Assembly: GCA_022426155.1 (NCBI GenBank)
Contig: JAKMEE010000022.1
Span: forward strand, 90,610-154,609
Length of the DNA stretch: 64,000 nucleotides
Direction: 5' to 3'
From: Poseidonia sp.
GTDB taxonomy: Archaea; Thermoplasmatota; Poseidoniia; Poseidoniales; Poseidoniaceae
Made by a program: the position numbers and the translations under genes. The notes under the pieces were generated by a model. That model saw nothing but the letters and a program-made list of their open reading frames with translations, ran no database searches and was not told where the DNA came from. Positions within the stretch are counted from its first letter, which is position 1. The number at the start of each line of letters is the position of its first letter. This document shows, in pieces, positions 58,039 through 64,000 of the stretch.

Positions 58039-59973
58039 TCAGCGGCCCCAGAAATGGTTTTCTTTCCGATGGAGGAGGACGATTTCATCCAAGATTTCCA
58101 TTTCAATCGGTGTGAGGCCCGCCTTCTTGAGTCGTTTAACGTGGCGTTCAGGGACATCAACGAAGAATTCATCCAATTCTTCGATATGCCGGCCCACGGT
58201 TGGTCCTTGGATCGCAACAGCGACTTCATCACCTTGTTGAGCTTCTTTGATGTCTTCTGAGTCTCGAGTTCGGAGACTCTTGATTTGCCCAACGGGAGTA
58301 CCGTCCAATTTCATCAAGCGTTGGCCAAGGTGCACACGTCCGCCTAGGACACGCATTCCAACGATTGCTGGGCCTTTGGCCCTGAATGTGTGGTCTTTAA
58401 GATACAAAACACGCCCTGGGTAGACCAAACTTTCACGTTGTGCTTCTTCAATGGCCTTAGTGGTCTCGTCCATCCATTCTTCGAACGCATCCATAATGTG
58501 GTAAATGATGGGCCCAGAGATGAACTTGATTTCCGCATCATCACGTTCAAGGTCTTGTGTTACCTCAGAGTTTCCTTTGGTAGAAAAGCCAAGAATCACT
58601 TGATGAAGAGGATCATGGGCTGATTTCGCCATCAGGATGTCTTTTTTGTTGACCGGGCCAACCGTTGCTTGGCGAACAGGAATGTTTCGCTGATGGAGTT
58701 CAAAGGCAAGTGCCTCCAAACCACCGACTGTATCGGCTTTGATGACCACGCCACTCCGTTCTTCTTCTGCACCCTTGCAATCACCCTTCTGAGTGTGTTC
58801 AGGGAAGGATTTTCGTGCAAAAATCTCATGGCAGACTGAGCACATGACTGGCATATTTTCGAAAATACCACGCCATTCAACTCGTAGGGCTTCTTCCGCC
58901 TTTTCGCATTCTTCTGGCGTATTGGCTACGTGTAACGTTGTTCCTGCGATGGTGGCTTCTAATTTTGGTGCAACAATTTTGACCCCACAAGCCGCATCAA
59001 CTTGGTCAAAATTGACCCAACGCTTCCCAGCATCTCGCATCTCAGCCATGCCTTTTGGACGCTTGAGTCCTTTGATGTGAGTGGTGAATGTGCCATCCTG
59101 CCCTGCTAACATGATGGTGTCTCCTACCTTCAATTGCCCACGGTAGAGGATGACGTCGATGGTTTTGCCCATGCCAACCTCGTCTCGCATTTCGAGAACA
59201 GTGCCCTGTGAGGAGCCCAATGTGTCTGTGAGTCGATCTTCAAGAAAGCGCTCAGCCAATCCAACCGTGACGGCGAGAAGGTCCTGCAACCCTTCGCCCT
59301 CTTTGGCAGACATCGGAACCAATGCGACATTTTGGGTAAAATCCCGAATTTGGTCATATCGTTCGAGATTAAAGCCATGTTCGGAGAATTGACCCACCAT
59401 TTTCCAATAGCGGTCATCGAACAAACTCTGCACGTCCTCGCGTTGAGCTTGCATGGATTCAATGAACGAGCGACCGTGTTCACATCGCCATCCATGGAGG
59501 CGGTCGATTTTGTTCCCCGCGATGACGAAAGGTGTCTTGGTTTCCTTCAAAATATTGAGTGATTCAATGGTTTGCGGTTGCAGGCCTTCCATGATGTCCA
59601 CAACCAAGACAGCGATATCAGAAACTGACCCTCCGCGATTACGGAGTGATGCAAAAGAGTGGTGGCCGGGAGTATCGATGAACAATAACCCTGGAGATTT
59701 GAAACCTTTTCCGCCAAGCATGGCTTTGCAGGTCTCGTTCAGGACATCAGCAGGAACTTCAGTGGCTCCAATGTGTTGTGTAATTCCACCCGCTTCACGG
59801 TCCATGACACTGGCTTGTCGCTCACTTCCAATCGAACGGACCATGTCCAAGACACTGGTCTTTCCGTGATCGACGTGCCCGAGTACTGAAACAATTGGTT
59901 GACGGTTATGGCCGCGCAGAGGTTCTTCAACATCTGAATCAAGGCCATGGGGCTCTTCAGACATTGAGGTCAC
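58039..59973 (-). CDS. infB: Translation initiation factor aIF5B (IF2-type GTPase)
   Basis: VSVLGHVDHGKTS, DTPGH, GNKIDR and domain III onset VVIKADTVGGLEAL. Contains an extra Cys/His segment (see findings). Confidence 0.9.
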   Translation of the reverse strand: MTSMSEEPHGLDSDVEEPLRGHNRQPIVSVLGHVDHGKTSVLDMVRSIGSERQASVMDREAGGITQHIGATEVPADVLNETCKAMLGGKGFKSPGLLFIDTPGHHSFASLRNRGGSVSDIAVLVVDIMEGLQPQTIESLNILKETKTPFVIAGNKIDRLHGWRCEHGRSFIESMQAQREDVQSLFDDRYWKMVGQFSEHGFNLERYDQIRDFTQNVALVPMSAKEGEGLQDLLAVTVGLAERFLEDRLTDTLGSSQGTVLEMRDEVGMGKTIDVILYRGQLKVGDTIMLAGQDGTFTTHIKGLKRPKGMAEMRDAGKRWVNFDQVDAACGVKIVAPKLEATIAGTTLHVANTPEECEKAEEALRVEWRGIFENMPVMCSVCHEIFARKSFPEHTQKGDCKGAEEERSGVVIKADTVGGLEALAFELHQRNIPVRQATVGPVNKKDILMAKSAHDPLHQVILGFSTKGNSEVTQDLERDDAEIKFISGPIIYHIMDAFEEWMDETTKAIEEAQRESLVYPGRVLYLKDHTFRAKGPAIVGMRVLGGRVHLGQRLMKLDGTPVGQIKSLRTRDSEDIKEAQQGDEVAVAIQGPTVGRHIEELDEFFVDVPERHVKRLKKAGLTPIEMEILDEIVLLHRKENHFWGR

Positions 59974-59990
59974 CGCCTAAGAGACGAGGT

Positions 59991-60449
59991 TCATCCTTCG
60001 TAAACCCAACTGCCCATGGTGTTATTCCATTCCATGAGGCCCTCGGGGAACCAGAGGCCGAGTTCAAAGGCTGCTGTGTCTGGTGCGTCTGAACCGTGAA
60101 TCATGTTGTACCCAATGTCCATGCCGTAGTCACCACGGATGGTTCCAGGAGGCGCATCACGACCGTTGGTCGGGCCGATGAGGTTTCGAGCCACACCGAT
60201 GGCATCTTTTCCTTGCCAAGCCATGCATACGACTGGGCCTGATGTGACGAACTTGATCAATCCAGGGAAGAATGGTCGTTCTGAATGAACCGCATAATGT
60301 GAGCGAGCGATGTCCTCAGTTGGAACCATTGATTTCAAACCGACGAGTTTCAACCCTTTTCGTTCAAATCGTCCGAGAATTTCACTGATAAGTCCGCGTT
60401 GCACGCCATCAGGCTTGATCATCACATATGTTGTTTCCATGGTGTTCAC
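59991..60449 (-). CDS. ndk: Nucleoside diphosphate kinase
   Basis: TYVMIKPDGVQRG, and NMIHGSD containing the active-site His. Confidence 0.95.
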   Translation of the reverse strand: MNTMETTYVMIKPDGVQRGLISEILGRFERKGLKLVGLKSMVPTEDIARSHYAVHSERPFFPGLIKFVTSGPVVCMAWQGKDAIGVARNLIGPTNGRDAPPGTIRGDYGMDIGYNMIHGSDAPDTAAFELGLWFPEGLMEWNNTMGSWVYEG

Positions 60450-60529
60450 CGTTCCAAGCCAACCAAGACCCGTTTATGGGCGTTGCTGTGCAGGCGGTCA
60501 GAAAGAAGTGGCCAAACAAAGCAAGCCAT

Positions 60530-60721
60530 TCATTGGATGCCGCCCTTGACAAAGTGGCGAGTCCACTTCACCTTGCGGGCGTTGCGCTTGAGTTGGAGTT
60601 GATTCTTGCGTGCCTTACTGCTCTTGAACCAAAGGACACTTCCGTCCTTGCGCACGAACATCATGCCCGTGCCAGGTTCGATCTCTTCTCCTGAGAAACT
60701 GCAAATTCTTCGTTCTGGCAT
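60530..60721 (-). CDS. rpl24e: 50S ribosomal protein L24e
   Basis: MPERRICSFSGEEIEPGTGMMFVRKDGSVLWF is the L24e pattern. GTG 60730 (overlapping the rps28e stop) is an alternative start. Confidence 0.9.
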   Translation of the reverse strand: MPERRICSFSGEEIEPGTGMMFVRKDGSVLWFKSSKARKNQLQLKRNARKVKWTRHFVKGGIQ

Positions 60722-60726
60722 TTGAA

Positions 60727-60951
60727 TCACCGTGCATTCAACTTACGGGCTTCACGGCCCGTGTCCTTGAGCATCAAAATGTCGCCCACACGCACCGGAC
60801 CAACCACGTTGCGGCTGATGATACGTCCCACGTCACGTGGGTTGGGGGCGTCGTTGACGCGAACCTTGACTTGTGTGGCTTCTCCGGTCATGCCGGTTCG
60901 TCCGACGATTTCGACCACTTCTGCTGGCCATCCACCGAGTTCTTCGCTCAT
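60727..60951 (-). CDS. rps28e: 30S ribosomal protein S28e
   Basis: [24 protein letters not shown]...[20 protein letters not shown] is the S28e pattern. GGAG lies 9 nt upstream of ATG 60951. Confidence 0.9.
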   Translation of the reverse strand: MSEELGGWPAEVVEIVGRTGMTGEATQVKVRVNDAPNPRDVGRIISRNVVGPVRVGDILMLKDTGREARKLNAR

Positions 60952-60974
60952 CTTGTTCATCTCCTATGGTTGAA

Positions 60975-61346
60975 TCAAGCTTTGAGCTTGTTGATTTCTT
61001 CAACAACTTCGTTGAATTTCTCTTGAGCGCCTTTGGTGATTTCCATCACAGCGATGGACGCCGCTTTGATTCCAGTGGTGAGGCCAGCTTCCTTGGCCAA
61101 GAATTCTTGACTGGGAACATATCCGTATGGGATTCCCTTTTCTTCGCAAATCAGAGGAATGTGAGCCAACAATTCTGGTGGATTCACATCTTCTGCAAGA
61201 ATGATGAATTGAGCGGTTCCTCGCTCAGCGGCTTTCGTTACTTCATTACTGCCTTTCTTGATACGTCCATTCGTATTCGATTGGATCATTTCATAGATTT
61301 TTTCAGCAATGTCTTCTGGGGTTTCAAATCGCACGTGTACAGTCAT
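60975..61346 (-). CDS. rpl7ae: 50S ribosomal protein L7Ae (kink-turn binding)
   Basis: RIKKGSNEVTKAAERGTAQFIILAEDVNPPELLAHIPLICEEKGIPYGYV is the canonical L7Ae core. Start at ATG 61346. Confidence 0.9.
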   Translation of the reverse strand: MTVHVRFETPEDIAEKIYEMIQSNTNGRIKKGSNEVTKAAERGTAQFIILAEDVNPPELLAHIPLICEEKGIPYGYVPSQEFLAKEAGLTTGIKAASIAVMEITKGAQEKFNEVVEEINKLKA

Positions 61347-61472
61347 TGGAATCTCTCCTTCCTCATGATAAGGGCAACCATGCGCACAACCACGCGGATA
61401 TAAACGCAACGGAGGACCGAATGGCTAACCTTTTCACCCAAACTTTAGATTATCGGTGAGCAGTGGCCCATT

Positions 61473-62423
61473 TCATTGCGAATCTAAGCCCAATCCTTCC
61501 AACAATTCGTGAACGCCCCGAGCCAATGCGGGGCCCCCAGAAATCACATCGCGAGCGTTGGCGAGTGAGCCCGTGGCGTGGACTCCATCAACGTACCGAA
61601 GAAGGCGAGCAATCGCCCCTCCTGTGAACAATCCATGTGAGCAAGCAGCATGGACTTGGGTGGCTCCTTGATTTCGAAGTGCTTCAGCTGCACGGCAAAT
61701 CGTACCTCCGGTTGCTATCATGTCGTCAACGATCGCCACCCGCTTGCCAGCAACATCGAGGTTTTTTGCCTTGTGCACGATGGTATGGGCGTCAATTCGT
61801 GTCTTCTCAAGATATGAAAATTCGCAACCAATAGTTTGGGCGACTTCTGAGGCTCGGTCAATCGCACCTTTGTCGGGGGAGAGGATGAAATCCGGTTCCA
61901 CCGTCGTTTGCAAATGATTGGCGAGTTCCGGCATAGCGGATGTGAAGGCGATAGGGACGGATAATCCTTCGAGCACCTGTGGGGCATGGATGTCAAGCAC
62001 GATCAAACCATCACAACGACTTGAGAGCAATTGTCCAATGGCTCGTGCCGAAATAGCCTCCCCTGGTTTGAATCGCTTATCTTGGCGTGAGTATCCGAAA
62101 TATGGGATCGCTAAAAGAATCCCCTTTCCAACGTCGGGTAGGCTTTGTGGCCCAATTTCTCGTAAATTTTGCAACTGGCCATGGCGAACATCGTTCAGGG
62201 CTTCAAGCATCAGCAAGGTTTCAACAATGCCAGAATCAGGGAATGTGTTTGAGACAAGGACCACTGGTTCGCTTCGGACAGCTTCAATCACTTCAGTAGG
62301 TATTCGTATGTAGCCTTCCGTGTCGGGAAAACGTCGTGTTTCCAAACCGTGATGTTCCCAGCCTAGTGCATCGGCTAATTGCTGGGCAAGGACATGAGAA
62401 TTACTGCCTGAGACGACGACCAT
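61473..62423 (-). CDS. prs: Ribose-phosphate pyrophosphokinase (PRPP synthetase)
   Basis: RRFPDTE, YFGYSRQDKRF and the PRPP loop VAIVDDMIATGGT. Start probably at ATG 62423 (MVVVSGSNS...). Confidence 0.85.
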   Translation of the reverse strand: MVVVSGSNSHVLAQQLADALGWEHHGLETRRFPDTEGYIRIPTEVIEAVRSEPVVLVSNTFPDSGIVETLLMLEALNDVRHGQLQNLREIGPQSLPDVGKGILLAIPYFGYSRQDKRFKPGEAISARAIGQLLSSRCDGLIVLDIHAPQVLEGLSVPIAFTSAMPELANHLQTTVEPDFILSPDKGAIDRASEVAQTIGCEFSYLEKTRIDAHTIVHKAKNLDVAGKRVAIVDDMIATGGTICRAAEALRNQGATQVHAACSHGLFTGGAIARLLRYVDGVHATGSLANARDVISGGPALARGVHELLEGLGLDSQ

Positions 62424-62513
62424 GGAATCCCCTGTGGTTGACGCTGTCCGCTGGCCCTTCATGTTCTTTGCTGGCAACTTCACATGCGAAATAAACCCAA
62501 AGATATGGTGAAT

Positions 62514-62590
62514 TGGTGCGCGAGGCAGGACTTGAACCTGCGACCTCCCGGTTATCAGCCGGGTGCTCTAACCGACTAAGCCACCCGCGC
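62514..62590 (-). tRNA. tRNA-Ile (anticodon GAU), CCA encoded
   Basis: The minus strand reads GCGCGGG-TG-GCTTAGTCGGTTAGAGC-A-CCCGG-CTGATAA-CCGGG-AGGTC-GCAGG-TTCAAGT-CCTGC-CTCGCGC-ACCA. The cloverleaf is clean. Confidence 0.9.
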
Positions 62591-62672
62591 TAGGGCAACT
62601 TGGGCGACAAACCTCCCCATCATAAGCGTGACGGAAGACGGCCGGTGGAAGAACCACCGTGCTGCGTCAGAA

Positions 62673-63257
62673 TCACTCTTCTTCGTATGCGTTAATCGTA
62701 ATGTACGATGGCAACTGGAGTACTTTCTCAAAGGTTCGAGATAGTACGACTTCGTCCAGACGCTCTCGTGTACGAGCAAGTGCTTGAATGGGGATTCGGA
62801 TTTGTTCTTCGACACCGAATTCATTCTGGATACGTGTGCGTGTTGTCACGATGACGCCTTTGTAAGTGCGCTTAACGCGGAATAATTCAGTGATGACTCC
62901 GATTTCTTCACCTTGATTGTCCAGGACAGCTCGGTCAAGCATTTCATCGGGAGCATACAACTTTTCATCGATGCGGACAGTGTTGCGCCATCGTCGTTGT
63001 AATTCACGCATCGACTTGGACAATTTGACCGTTCCATCGTTTCGAATGCTGTGCACCAATTCCTTGGGAAGGGGAGCAAGTTCTGCTGCCTTTCGCATGA
63101 ATTCGTCTGCCACTTCAGGGTCCACCTTGATCCGCATCGATTGCACTCGTGCTTCGTTGGGGTGGTGTCGTTCACCGACAATCGTCCCTACTTTCTTATC
63201 GTTCACATAGACATCCCGTTGGAGTAACTCCTGGATGTCAAATTCGTTATTTCTCAT
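62673..63257 (-). CDS. PRC-barrel-like protein (two PRC-like segments)
   Basis: DVYVNDKKVGTIVGE and RAVLDNQGEEIGVITELF fit the PRC-barrel strand pattern (V.D..G..iG.v.d). Start uncertain: ATG 63257 has GGAG 9 nt upstream; ATG 63266 and GTG 63296 are alternatives. Confidence 0.45.
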   Translation of the reverse strand: MRNNEFDIQELLQRDVYVNDKKVGTIVGERHHPNEARVQSMRIKVDPEVADEFMRKAAELAPLPKELVHSIRNDGTVKLSKSMRELQRRWRNTVRIDEKLYAPDEMLDRAVLDNQGEEIGVITELFRVKRTYKGVIVTTRTRIQNEFGVEEQIRIPIQALARTRERLDEVVLSRTFEKVLQLPSYITINAYEEE

Positions 63258-63296
63258 ATTTCCCATCTCCGCCGTGTTGTTGTTCGGCTTAACCAC

Positions 63297-63668
63297 TCGT
63301 CAGTCTCGGCACCATTTATACTATTCCCCAAATAAAATATCATTTCCAATTGCATTTGTCGCATAATTGAGTCATCAACCAATTGAAATATAGATTTTAA
63401 TTTCATTTTTGAATGTCGCATAACGCGCGTAAATCCAATATAATTAAATTATTTCAACCCCCCTAACTAAAATTACACTTCAATACAAAACAACTTTGTT
63501 TGACAAAAAATCTTCTGGCCGATCTCTGCGGTGATGGAAATGAACGTAATCTGGAGAATTCCAATTGTAAATTCACAATAAAGGCCGTATTTCTTCCATT
63601 TGAAACCATTGAAAATTCATCGGCAGAACAACGGGTTGATTCATGTGGGTGACCCGTCTGGTGATAGC
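63297..63668. other. Longest non-coding, strongly AT-rich region of the window, with short direct repeats
   Basis: TTCCAATTG occurs at 63344-63352 and 63559-63567. CCAATTG also occurs at 63379-63385. TGTCGCATAA occurs at 63357-63366 and 63414-63423. A TATAAAT box for the minus-strand PRC gene lies at about 63316-63322. The flanking genes diverge. Confidence 0.6.
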
Positions 63669-64000
63669 ATGGCTGAAGCTCTCACAATCGTCGTGAGCGG
63701 AATTCATCACCCAGTTGTTGCGGCCTTTCTTCAACGAGGAATGCATCAACAGCATCGATTCTTTGTACCTGAAGATGAGTTGGACAGCGGCCTCCAGAAG
63801 TTTGAGACCGAATGCACCCTTTTCCCCGATGCGCTTCGGACCCTTTCGGTTCTGAACACATCACCCGACGTAGTTTTCACCACTGCAGAGAAAGCTCAAG
63901 CCCCACAGATCCATTCTCTTCGTGGTGGCATGAACCTTGCCCTCGTTGAGGCAAAGCAACCTCATTTCCTTTCAGAAACTTGGACCCAACTCATCCTTCA
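63669..64000 (+). CDS. 5' part of a hypothetical protein gene (continues beyond the window)
   Basis: The frame is open from 63582 to the window end. ATG 63669 gives MAEALTIVVSGIHHPVVAAFLQRGMHQQHRFFVPEDELDSGLQKFETE...; TTG/GTG starts at 63600-63645 are possible. I recognise no motif. It is absent from the ORF track because there is no stop in the window. Confidence 0.4.
   Translation, partial: MAEALTIVVSGIHHPVVAAFLQRGMHQQHRFFVPEDELDSGLQKFETECTLFPDALRTLSVLNTSPDVVFTTAEKAQAPQIHSLRGGMNLALVEAKQPHFLSETWTQLIL

Noticed and set aside
62591-62672. Possible C/D-box sRNA or terminator between the PRC gene and tRNA-Ile (ATGATGG and CTGA words; hairpin GGTGG-aagaa-CCACC at 62644-62658)
   Set aside because: On the only strand where both words occur, the D-like box precedes the C-like box. 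There is no C'/D' pair and no terminal stem. The hairpin alone is too short to call as a feature.
63573-63864. Two 60-aa minus-strand ORFs at the right edge
   Set aside because: They overlap each other and the longer open plus-strand frame that runs to the window end, and they have no motifs.
1-64000. Looked for CRISPR arrays, cas genes, IS elements/transposases, integrases, toxin-antitoxin pairs, restriction-modification genes and viral capsid/terminase genes
   Set aside because: None were recognised. The only regularly spaced repeats are the in-frame (GACCAT)n tract and the protein-level TSP3 repeats. The ParA-RHH pair looks like partition rather than TA. This was a visual scan only, so short or degenerate elements could have been missed.

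Overview
Densely coding chromosomal segment of an archaeon. The informational genes are clearly archaeal: ribosomal proteins S8e, S10, L7Ae, S28e and L24e, SRP19, EF-1alpha, aIF5B, a family-B DNA polymerase and a GINS-like protein. Many genes have GGAGG-type Shine-Dalgarno sequences and several are translationally coupled through TGATG/ATGA overlaps. The content points to an aerobic heterotrophic planktonic euryarchaeon: several LSGC-lipobox secreted proteins, a 2125-aa sequon-rich surface protein, an M28 peptidase, a leucine-catabolism cluster, a blue-copper protein, CcmF and quinone prenylation genes. Marine Group II/Poseidoniales-like is my guess and cannot be verified here. I could support about 50 protein genes, 2 tRNAs (Leu-CAA, Ile-GAU) and one tRNA-like relic. 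I found no rRNA, CRISPR array, transposase, integrase, prophage or recognisable defence island. All functional calls rest on motifs I recognise by eye in the translated ORFs; no homology search was run, and start codons are often uncertain. Nothing is a clear-cut new system. The best candidates for follow-up are: (1) a run of ArsR-type regulator, triple zinc-ribbon protein, 848-aa E/R-rich coiled-coil protein and propeller/TSP3-repeat membrane protein, lying tail-to-tail with a ParA + RHH + small-ORF (SegAB-like) cassette and an orphan MoxR ATPase (49.2-57.9 kb); (2) a presenilin/SPP-type intramembrane protease with a large ectodomain insertion (21.5-23.7 kb); (3) an FKBP/SlyD-type isomerase fused to a (Asp-His)9 tract and a SAP-like motif (33.4-34.2 kb); (4) the only long AT-rich non-coding region (63.3-63.7 kb), which has short direct repeats and sits at a strand-switch point, so it is a possible replication origin or complex regulatory region; (5) a zinc-knuckle-like insertion in aIF5B.
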